From: Tubulanus polymorphus
Taxonomy: Eukaryota > Animalia > Nemertea
DNA: 64,000 bases
Direction of reading: 5' to 3'
NCBI RefSeq assembly: GCF_964204645.1
Contig: NC_134031.1
Coordinates: forward strand, 13,131,807 to 13,195,806
Part shown: positions 22,301 through 34,300 of the stretch, piece after piece
How the letters are laid out: every line of letters begins with the position of its first letter
Position numbering within the stretch: the stretch's first letter is position 1
Made by a program: the position numbers and the translations under genes
Notes under the pieces: generated by a model
Seen by the model: the letters and a program-made list of their open reading frames with translations, nothing else
What the model was told of the DNA's origin: nothing
Databases searched by the model: none

Positions 22301-25300
22301 TATTTCAGCAGCGAAGCGGCTCGGAAGAATCCAAAGAAGCACATCCGTCGGGACGGCCATTGTTGAGCAACCAATGAAGCGAAGCGGAGTGAAGATGCAA
22401 CACATCGGAGTCGGCAATATCAGAATATAACACGCGCAGTTTTCTCATTCAGTCAGTTACTCGGAAAATGTCTCTTGAAGATGTAAGTCGGTTCGGGGCA
22501 GCGCAGCCTGGCGGCGTTTCAAGTCTTGTACCTGTTTGTCTCTGTTCCTTCTTTCTGAGTTTAAAATTAAGGGTCTTAGGCCCACAGAATCCCCCTTATT
22601 GTAAATACTTTACTCGTCTCGAGCATTGCTATTTGTTAAATACTTAGTTACGGCAAATTCATAGTATGATTTTCTTACTAGGGCGGTAAGTCATTGGGCA
22701 TTATGTTTACCGTCCATACTTATGTATTGTCGACGGACCCTGTGTTTCTCATTTGGCTTTAGGATCGTTGAACTATAATCCATCAATACTTATGTATTAG
22801 ATTCTTAGTATGTATCATTATGTATTAGATTATTCCTCGTTCATGTGTCTGTAATATAGGCCCTTATGGCCAGTTTTCATACGTGCGTCTTTAAGTTTTA
22901 ATGAATTTTATATAGGCAACCTTTATGGTTGTATAATGTTCGCAGTCTATATGTTCGCTGCATAAGTTTGAAGCTTATCAGCAAGTGTCAATCGCATTAT
23001 CTTGTAAGTATGTAAGCATTTGTGGAGTATGAACCTGTCCTGTATTTGAGCATGACGCATGTCAGTTTCTTGTGGATAAATAAAAGCTGCTGTCGCAGCA
23101 CGTAAAGGTATGAACGATTTAGTATGAGTATGTTGGGTAGTAAAATTACAATTTTTGGAACTAAAATTTGTATTTCCGAGTAGTACTTACCCTTTCCTAT
23201 GGTTTTTGCCAATATTTTCTAAATTTGGATTGATCGCCAATGGTTTTTCTATATGACCCGGCCCTGCGGTATTGCATTTAGCCACCGGCGAAATCCGCCA
23301 TCTTTTTACATCATAGCAGACCAAAAAAAACAGCTATGCGGGGCAGGTGGGCGGGATTCCCACCATAGGAAAGGGTAAATACTACTCGGAAATACAAATT
23401 TTAGTTCCAAAAATTGTAATATTTCCGTCGAGTACTGTACCCTTTCCTATGGTTTTTGCTAGACTAGCCTAGCACAAGGATGGTGGGAAAGGTAGATAGA
23501 AAAATTACAATTTTTGGAACTAAAATTTGTATTTCCGAGTAGTACTTACCCTTTCCTATGGTTTTTGCCAATATTTTCTAAATTTGGATTTATCGCCAAT
23601 GGTTTTTCTATACGACCCGGCCCTGCGGTATTGCATTTAGCCACCGGCGAAATCCGCCATCTTTTTACGTCATAGCAGACCAAAAAAAAACAGCTATGCG
23701 GGGCAGGTGGGTGGGATTCCCACCATAGGAAAGGGTAAGTACTACTCGGAAATACAAATTTTAGTTCCAAAAATTGTAATATTTCCGTCGAGTACTGTAC
23801 CCTTTCCTATGGTTTTTGCTAGACTAGCCTAGCACAAGGATGGTGGGAAGGTAGATAGAAAAACCACCGCTCAAACGCAAGGTAAGAGGGAAAAAGAGAG
23901 CACTTACCCAAGCACGGAATGGAGCACTGTAGCACAGGGAAGACCGGTTGGCCACAGTGAGTCCGTCCAGCTCAGGGGCCCCCCCCAGAATTTTGCGAAA
24001 TTAATACTTGCAGATATGAGCCCAAACTATGTACAAGGATACACCCCCTGTGATCCTGATAATGCAACATAAATATTCTACACTAAAGGGTCCGATCGGA
24101 AAGAACGGACACCTTGAGCCATGACAACAGGACCAAGTGAAGCTAATGAGCCTAACTGGCCTGAAACATCCCATAAATAAAATGACGTGAATGTCGACGG
24201 TGAATTCCAAAAGGCGGCCCGACAGACTTCCTCCAACGGAGCACCCGAAAAGGCTGCGCAGGAAGTAGCCATAGACCTCACTTGATGAGAAACGACTCCC
24301 TCCGAGGAAAGATTCTCCTTCAATAAAATGTCCTTGATCATTGAAGAGACCCATCGGGCTACTGTGTCCCGCGAAATATCCCCCTTTAGGTGATCCAGCA
24401 GCGGAATAAATAACCGCTCCCGTGAACCCCTCCGTGAAGCAGAGCGATCTAAATAGAAACAAAACGCCCGCACAGGACATAAAGTCCTGTCCGGGATGCC
24501 TGGTTCCACTCGATGTTTTAGGGCTTCAATTCGCCATTGTCGCCCAACCGAGCCTGGTCGTTGGTTCTTTGCCAAAAATTCCAAAGCAGGCCGCAGCGAA
24601 ACAAATTCATTCGCTGGCCCAAAGACAATATGACCTTGTCGGACTGAAAGCGCATGAATCTCAGAGCGACGGGCCGAGCAAGCCAAGAACAGCAAAAATA
24701 CAGTCTTTTTTGACAAATTTGCAAATGACGCTGCCAAAAGAGGTTCAAATGGAGCCTCCATTAACTTCTTCAAAATTACAGACAGATCCCATGGTGGAAC
24801 TGTCCTTGTTACCCGAGGCCGGGAAATAGAAAACCCAGCCACCAGCTGGGATATCCGATGATCCCCTGCTACATTTGGCCATCCAGAAGCACGCAATGTA
24901 TGAGAAATCGCGGAGCGGTAACCTTTAATAGTTATGACCTGTAAACCTTTTACTACAAATAGGTGCAGTAAAAAATCTGCCAATTGAGCTACAGAGGGTG
25001 AGCATGGATCAATTTCCCCTGCAGCACACCAATCCGCAAAATGACTCCATTTGGCATCGTAAATGGTACTTGTTGATGGCCGCTTAGATCCTGCGATAAA
25101 GGAGGCAGCCTGTTCTGAAAAGCCTGAAGCTGACAAGGATCGCTGGACAATGGCCAGGCGAGCAGATTTAACCACTGGCTGTTTGGATGATGCCGAAAGA
25201 TCCCCTGAGACAGAAGTGATGGGAAATTCGGAAGAATCCTGGGGTTGTCGCACAGTAGGTTGAGAAGTGGTAGGAACCATTTCTGAGCCGGCCAACATGG

Positions 25301-28300
25301 TGCTACCAGAACTATGTTGCAATTGACTGATCTCTCTATTTGATCCAGTAAGCGCGGCAGGACTGGTGTGGGCGGGAACGCATACGCATGCATCCCCGAC
25401 CAGTCCAGAGAGAAGGCATCGACCCCCCACGCTTACGCGTCTGGAAAAGGGGACACAAACAGAGGACACCTCCGATTGAACCGGGTGGCAAACAGATCCA
25501 GCAGCGGATTGCCAAAAATGCCCCGAACCCGATCGGCTACTTCTTGGTGGAGAACCCATTCTGTCGCAATAGCCTGACCTCGACGAGACAGAGCATCGGC
25601 CATCACGTTCCTTTTCCCTGCTAAATGTGCCACAGTCAGGGACACGCCCTTTGTCTGGCACCAAAGAAGAATTTTGGCCGACAGACCTGTGAGGGTTTCT
25701 GAGTGAGTGCCCCCTTGGTTCTGAAGGTAAGCCCTCACTGTTGAATTGTCTGTGGCTAACCAAACGTGGTGGCCCTCCACTCTCCTGTGAAAGAACTTCA
25801 GGGCCTTCCACACGGCCAGCATTTCTAGGAAATTTATGTGGTTGGTGGCCTCGTAGCGAGACCATTTCCCGGCTTTGACTCGGTCCTCCAGATGAGCCCC
25901 CCATCCTTGGTGACTGGCATCCGTGAATACACGAACTGGAGCCTCTAACGGGGCTAGTGACACCCCGAGCCGAAGATTCGTAGTGGCCGCCCACCACTGA
26001 AGATCCGGACTTAGATCGGTTGGAGGTACGGGAATCAAGGCCTCCCAGTTGCCCTTCGACTGAGACCAGAAGACCTTCCAATATTGTTGCAAGCGCCTGC
26101 TTCTGAGGCGGCCTAAGGGCACCACCAGACCCATGGAGCTGATGGAGCCTAGAAGCCGTGACCAGTAACGAGCTGTTCTCGGGGTTGTGGACACTCCCGC
26201 TACAGCTTCTTGACGTTTGGCCACTCGAACCATAGACGGAAAGACTTTGCCGATTCGGAGATCGAAGTCCATGCCGAGATAAGTGAACTGTTGGGCCGGC
26301 ATCAACTGAGATTTTTCCCTGTTTACGCGGAACCCTAGCTGATGGACTAAGTCCAAGACTGAGGTCATTGCCTCCCGACATTCCTGAGCCGAATTCGCGA
26401 CTATTAACCAGTCGTCGAGGTAAACGAACAGTCGAACACCCCTTGACTGAAGTACCTTCTGAACTGACTTGACCAACTTGGTGAAAACCCACGGGGCCGT
26501 ACTGAGGCCAAATGGAAGAGACCTGAATTGGAACTGGCGGCCTTTCCACTTTATCCTGAGAAATCGCCGAGATTTTGGGTGAATTGGAACCTGAAAGTAA
26601 GCATCTTTCAGGTCTAATGAAGCCGCCCATTGACCCGGACGGAGCCCTTGAATCACGTCCTTGGGCTTGGTCATCCGGAACCTTGGAATGTCTAGGTGCA
26701 GATTGAGGGATGACAGATCTATCACTGTCCGTTGACCCCCTGTGGCCTTTGGTACCATGAATATTCGAGAAAACCAGCCGGGAGAAGTTTCGTTGCAAAC
26801 TGGTTCTATCGCTCCCTTCTCTGCCAGTTCCTTGAGAGCCGGAGAGATTAAGGCCTCCTGACCTGGTTTTGGCCGCATGTCGGGAGGTGACCTCATCAGG
26901 CGCGGTCGCCTTAGGAAACGGAGACGGTAGCCACGAGAGACGACCCGGGAGGGCCAACCGTCTCCAAAGAGGTCGGACCAGTGGGTTGCTGCCTGCTGCA
27001 GACAACCTCCCACTGGTCCCAAGAATTCATTTCGAGTTTTTCCGAAAGGAAGAGCCCCTTTTTGGAGCCTTCCCCTTGCCTCGATACGAACCAGAACTGT
27101 TACGACCCGACGAGGCTTGACACGATTGTTGAAGTTGCGCGCTAGTTCTCCAACCGGCATCCGAAGCCGCCTGAGAAAGCGCTGAAGTTTGAGATGGTCC
27201 TGTTTGCATCTGTGCCGAACCTTGCGCCGCCGGCGTCGGACCAGAACGCTTTTTCCACGGAGTTCGGGGGTTGGAATTGGCCTGAACCTCCCGAATCTCC
27301 CTCAGCTCTGCGGAAACCGGAGCGCACCAACCGGAGAAGAGACGTGAAGACGTCCCCAATGGGGCTCTCAGCAAAGCATTGGACACCATATCCCGTAGAC
27401 GAGTTTTGGCACTGGAGTCCATCACTGACTGACGGGAGGCTAACACCAGATTAGCCTGACCCCGAACCGACAACGGAATTACATGCGAAACAGACCGAGC
27501 CAAAGATTGGATAATCCGGTCCATTCCCTCCAGTTTTAGGGCAACTGACTCTGGGTCGGAGCCGGTGGCGTGAGTCTCGCGAAGCTCACCCGTCAACACC
27601 TTAAGTGCCATATCTTGAAACGAACCAACCCTGGTAAGATTGTCCAGGATTGACGTCATGGCCACCAAACCGGACTTAGGCAAACGAATACCCGACTGTG
27701 CTGTAACAGTATCCGGGCTGATCAAAGTATAATCAGCATCCAGGCAGTTATGACTGTGATCCACAGCACCTGGAGTTGCGTAATACGCCGAGCGAAATGC
27801 GCCTATAGGTGGATCCGTTGAACTAAAATATTTCCCAGATTTCATACCCCGTTCTGGAGGGGGAAATGAAAATGTTCCAGGCCGACATTCACCCCATAAT
27901 TGCGTATCCAATCGAGCCCATTCTCTCGAAACCGCTGACGATTCCCGTAAAACGTTAAGATCGGAGTCCGGAGGGCGATAAGCTTCCATTGACTCACCGA
28001 CCAGAGGAGCTGCTGTGGGCTTAGCGCGAGTTGCCCCGTGCTTGACAAAGAACTCATTTATCATCGCTCTAAATGGCATGTCCCCCGCTGGTTCGGATAA
28101 AACTGAACGGGACGGAGATACATTGCGAGCCAGGGAAGCCCCCATCGTCTGGGGCAACCCACAATTGCTCGCGAAAAGAACGACCCCAGAAGGAATTGCC
28201 GCTTCTGGGACCGGATCCTCATTGAAATCAGACCCTACCGCAGCATCCAGGAATTCAGAATTCAGAATTCAGAAAGGGAGTCAGAATTCCGAAGAACTGA

Positions 28301-31300
28301 GTGGGCTGGCGAACTTCTAACCGGACAATCAGGAATAGGCTTACCTGTTGTAGAGGTTGCAGCGACTTGTTGCGACGAAGATAACAAGTTTAAAATTTTC
28401 TCTTCAAATACATGGAAATCCTTCTGAGTCAGGTATTTTCCAGTATCTCGACGATCATGCCGACTTCGGTGACGGTCCCTCAAACGGGATCGAGACCTAC
28501 TAGAAGAATCGCTTTCATCGCTAACCGACGTCGACGAACGCTGAGAAGACCGACGGCGAAACATCCGACAATAACGATCGTAGTCCCTCTCGCGATCAAA
28601 CCTTGACCTGCGAGGAGATCTTGCTCGTTTATTACGCTCACGGCCTCTAAATCTAGTGGGAGAGCGAGCTCTATCCCCGGAGCGACGATCAGAATCAGAC
28701 GATGAACGTACCGGATGTTTTGAACCGGACTACGTCTGGACCGGACCGGTGCCCGAACTGGACCGATGCCCGACCCGGACCGCCGCGGTAGTCGCGAACG
28801 GCCCGCACCGGTTCGGTCGGTTCCGAACATATAGTCTGAACCGGCCGAACCGGTGAACGACCAGAGACCGGTGAATGACCGGAGACCGGTGCCGGTGAAC
28901 CAGCGTTCCTCCCCGGTGAACGGAGTTGGGAAGCCGATCGTACCTGAACGACCGGCGACCGCTCCGCTTTACGATAAGAAACAGGATTAGAAACGTCGGT
29001 TGGCACGTCGGCCGAAACCGACGAATCCCTGCTAACTCGACGACGATCTCTTAGTTTAAGAGCCTTATCGGTCCGAAGCCAAAGGTCCTCGGACCACACC
29101 TCGCAAATCTTGCAAGGATTGCTCCTTGCACATATTTGACCGGATTTGCGCCTGCACGATGCACATGAATCGTGGTTGTCCCAGGCGCCAAACAAATGCC
29201 CGCATTCCTCCCCGCCTCGATGTTGACCCTTAGGAGGGGGTGGCATAATTATCCTGTTACAAATCAAAACAATTCAATTCAATCAAATTATATTTGTAAA
29301 TAAAATTCTTACGGAAAAATAGAAACCAGGGATAACCCCCAAACCGAACGGACTCACCGTTATGAGAGTGAAAACTCCCTAATATCCTAATTCCCAGATT
29401 TTTACGGCGAAAAAATCCAACGCGTTCTACTGCGAGAACGCCAAGAAAAAAGATGGCGGATTTCGCCGGTGGCTAAATGCAATACCGCAGGGCCGGGTCG
29501 TATAGAAAAACCATTGGCGATCAATCCAAATTTAGAAAATATTGGCAAAAACCATAGGAAAGGGTACAGTACTCGACAGAAATACTGCGGACTCTGTCAG
29601 AGCGTCCATGGTCTGCGTAGAGGTTTGCTCTGGGAAACGGTTGAGTCCAGCGGAACGTAGTGCAATCCCGTTCGGGAAACTGGCGGTTTCTGTTTATTCC
29701 GTTATCCAATTTAGGCTCAAGCCAGGAAATTCTTGGTGTGTGGTACGGTCGATTCGGGTTCATGTATAACTACAAGGTCGTATGTTATTGAGTGGACAGA
29801 AGGGTGTGCATCGCTATCTGTAGGTTCTAACATAGGGTTGGGCCCGATCCTTAGTTCTCGGAGGATAGTTTTCGAATCGGCCCAGTCGTTATGTTCCTGG
29901 ATCTATAAGCAATCTACACCCGGGATTGCGGGAATTGCTTACTCATGTGTTAGGTCGAGCTAAGCCTGAGAGTCATTTATTATTCTACACACAAACATAA
30001 CTTCCTGTGGTGGTCGTTGACCCTCTCATACACATCTTTCCAGTTGTTTACGCGACGCAGGCGGATCCTTTGTAGTGGCGCTATTTTATATCCATCTATT
30101 ACATCAGTACACATATACATATATACACTCTGAGGATAAATAAGAGGATCACGCTTCCACTATGATCGACTCTGGTACGAGCGAGTGCACACGCTCGTCC
30201 GGTGAGTATTTGCAGGTACTATGCGGATGAAGAGATAAGCCAGATTTTTAATGTATTCTAACTACGAAACGCTACATATACAAAGAATACTTACATGCTT
30301 CTTGAGAAATTCATCTACATTTGTATCAGGTTTTAAGAAGTCTGACCAACTAAGGCCTGAATTTCGCCATAAATCACCAACTTTGATTTTGCCCTAAAGA
30401 TAATTTTCATAAATTCAATATAACTCAATCAACACAATCGTAGAAATCTATTTTCTGTGGATCAATGAAAAAGGCCAGAGGAACCTTAAATAAGTATAAT
30501 AATTGAGGTAAATCAGGACCCAGTTTGACAGTTAACTTTCAATCAAAGAGGTGGTCCAATGTCTTAACTCGTGACATATACGAATTCATTAGTTTATTTA
30601 GAATGGCCTGAATGAGACTTCATTTTCAAAAACTTACTAATCTATGGCCAGCACAATGTAGGATTTCAGACATCAGATGACCTGCTTTAGCCTGAACTGG
30701 CTTGACAGCATCTCGCAGGAAACTTAAAGGTACGCTTCCATCTTGAACCATTGGCCCTATTAGCTCTCCTAAATACTCCCAGATTTTTGGAACATCTATT
30801 TCCATGTCCTCAGCATATTCAAGTACTTCATGTAAACTGTAAAATCAATGAAGCAGAGTTTAGGTGAAGGCATTGAAATTAAACAAGAGGACCATAAGGT
30901 CCACCATATGGTCGAAAACAGATGTTCACAATTAACTAGTAATGGATGAGGTCAGTTTCTTTTGCCAGTGAAATCAAATTTGTTCAATGTTTCTTATCAA
31001 ATTTTTTTGTTCTCTTCTTTGATGCGTTGTGACTGACATTTTAATGCTTCCTGAGACAGCGGAACAAACCACAAAATTGTGTGAAAATTCCGCAAAAAAA
31101 ATTCAATTGACTTACAATCGATAGTGGAGGGATTTCAGAAGTATGGTTAAACTGGCCTAAAGCTGCGTTCACACTAGGATATCAGTGCAGTACGAAGTGT
31201 TAACACTTGGAAATAATTTGAGGCCTATTTACAGCTTATTCAGTTCCGTACTGAAATACAAAGCTTATTAAGCGCGGAATACGATTCCGCACCGAAAAAC

Positions 31301-34300
31301 CCGATCTCAGTACGGAACTGAACTGGCCACGTATTTTCTGTAGTGTGAACGCAGATGCGGCGCTTAGCTAGCCGCCCATTTACATCTTCGTAGTACAATA
31401 CACTAAACACTAATTACACTCCTCTCTATTGGCACACCGGAAGACTACTATACTGGGCTTACTAAGTGCTGAATTGCCAACTCGTAGTGTGAATGTAACT
31501 GGCAGTGTAAGCGTCGTATTTTGGTGAATTTGGTACCAGCGAAGTACAGTACTGCATAAGCGCAGAATCGCGGCTTTAGTTCTTAATGATTAAGTACTCA
31601 CAACATTTATTAAAGCATCTATTTGTGAGCATAAATCATAATTCAATTTACTCATCAACATAATGATAAGTCCAATCTACGACGATGTGAGTTTCAATGT
31701 TTCCTTCGTAAACAAATATAGTAATGCTGGAGGAAATTTCTGCACTTGAGCATCTTACCCCTTTAGGTAGTTCTCCACGGTTATGGTGCCTTTACTGACA
31801 AGATCGTGCAGTAAATGTCCTGAATGTTTCCGCGCTTGTTGCGATCGTTCAAGAACGTGATTGATGACATTTGATACAAAGTAGAAGTTTGACTGGCGAT
31901 GTAGTTCTTCGACGCATAAAATAGCTTCCTGTAACAAGGTAATTAATTAGAACAACTAACAACATGCCTCTAAGATGAGACAAAACAACTATGTATGGGG
32001 GGGGGGGGTCATTTTCATTAATATAATTCAAATACAAATAGGAGATGCCAAAATTTATCTATGAAATGTATTTTGAAGCAAATGTGGCAGACAGGCAGGT
32101 ATTCATCTTACTGAAGCCTAGAATATACTCAACAAGTCTGACACTGCAGCCATAAATATTATCACCACAGGGACGCCTAACGCTATTTTTGTTACCCTCA
32201 TCACTCGGAATACCATATATAATATGTTCCTACAAGGGCTGATGGTGTACCCTGAAGAATCTAGACAATTGTATCAGAAAGGCATATATGAGAAAACTGA
32301 AGCTTACCTCCAAAGCTATGACAAACCCAACTACGTACCTTAATATCCAATATTTGAAGATATTCATCAAGAATCGCACGCGTTTTCTTCTCCCACATAT
32401 TTTCATCCATTTCAGGTAAAATTGGCACCGGTACAGCAGCAGCTACTGGTTGTGGCGGAACAGCCTTTTCTGGCTCTGGCTCTCTAGTTCGGCTATTGTC
32501 GCGACTACCTTCACGAGATGCATCAGCATGGCTACCTCTACGCGAACCTTGTCGACTTCCTTGGCCATCACGCACATTGAAGTTCCTATAAGTTAACCGA
32601 ATTAGCGTATAAGTTAACCAATCATATTGGAATCAGCTTTAAGTAATGTTCTTATGCTAGCGGTAATAGAAATGTTCACAAACATTAGTGTTTATGGAAT
32701 CAATCAGTTAATATTATGAAGTCGAATAAATTTAATTTAATGTGCCGTTAATATGTTGTGCTATGTCAATAACAACCAGTCAAGAAATAATATCTATAGA
32801 GTAACGTGATCATTGAATTTCATGATTAGGAAAAACAATGTGTGCAAGAAACGACTGTTGAGATGCAGGTATCTAACTCTAACGCTACCGATTTTCAGAA
32901 TTTCTCGTTTTTAGAAGACATTGACAAAACATATAAACCAAGATCCGAGATGTATGCCGGGTTTTTTCTTCCACTGTCAATGATCATCGTATACATGAAT
33001 ATCCCCAGGTCACATCCCAAAAAACTTCTTGTATCCATGCATAAGACACACCTGCATTAAGAAGGTTCCATTCTACGAAAAAAGTGCGCCCTATAGCAGG
33101 TATTTATGGTAGTTGTAAATTTGACCTCTTTCAATCAATACTTCAGAATGTCAGCGTAACTTTGAATAACCATGCACTGATTTTACTTCCTGGTTCAACG
33201 GTGTTCACTAAACGTTTGTCTTAAAAAACTTCAGCTGGACAGCATGCACAGGATCCAAAGGCAATAGGCGTTTCTCCATATAAATCTTCTCGACTTAAGT
33301 CCATAATGGTAGCGGAAGAGTTAACAAATACTGCATCAGAAATACAAAGCTCAACTCTTTAACAGGTCTGTGACCCAGTGTACTGCGGAGGTCAGTCATT
33401 TTGGCAGTTATGAGCTGTATTTAGAAACCTTCAAATCAGAGAGCTGTAGTATATGAACTATTGATCATACATCTTGCCATTCAAGAAAAAGTTGTTACTA
33501 ACTAATTATCCTTTCAAAATTTGAATTTTTTCTATCATTCAAAAATCATTCAAATTTATACTACTTAATTACGCGGAATGCCTGATTTTACCATAAATGC
33601 ATAAATAAATCAAAATTGTAACTACATGTATTTATTTATGTTTGTTTCCATAATCAGTTTCACTTTCTGACTATTCTGAAGCTTTGAAATTGCTGTTTAA
33701 TCACTGATTTAAGACATCTTTAAATATTTTTCTCAGCAAATTTTTGAATTAGTGATTTGATAAGATTTTTTCCATGATGCTGGGAAAACTGGGAAGTCTA
33801 GGAAGCCCCTATATGCATAACTCAAATTAATCCCGAAGAAATGGAAATATCTCGAAGGAAAGAAGTATTTTTGACCAAATCAGCATTTGCGTAATACGGT
33901 CAGTAAAACCACCATCACCAACATCCGAATGTGAGAGAGTGTAGAGGATAACTACAGTACCTGTTATTAGACCGGCTAATGTTGTCGTACCTTGCAACCG
34001 CGAGGGCCGCTTCCTTCTCTGCCTCCATTGAATACCGAGACATTTTACCACGCTGTGTTGGTTGCGACTGACGCCCCTTCGGCTCCAGACGACCAACCAT
34101 TCCGCGAGAACCACTACCTCTTGAACGTGAATCGAATCCACCACCTTCGTGTTGGCTCAATGCTGAAAACCTACAAAGGAGAGCATATGACATGACTTTG
34201 GCCCTTACGGGTTTCAACAGCACAGCGTTAGAGCTAGGTCACTACACACTGCAGTGGGATGAAAAGCCCGGAAACTAGCAAATTTCACTGCCAGATGTAG

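Larger units (their letters stand above)
23142..29584 (-). mobile_element. DIRS1-type tyrosine recombinase retrotransposon, full length, mutated, in eIF4G intron 20245-30294
   Basis: gag, RT-RH-MT and YR ORFs; 120-bp inverted terminal repeats (29447-29566 vs 23188-23307 and 23547-23666); ICR joining the right end to the left end; TTT-type termini; no target-site duplication. Confidence 0.95.

Noticed and set aside
23142-23862. Reading the direct repeats as Ngaro/PAT split direct repeats or as LTRs
   Set aside because: The other end carries an inverted copy and there is a typical ICR, so the element is DIRS1-type
24001-29963. Many short or antisense ORFs inside and beside the DIRS (e.g. 24422-24829, 24001-24480, 29469-29963)
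   Set aside because: Shadows of GC-rich coding sequence or of the ITRs, with no recognisable domains
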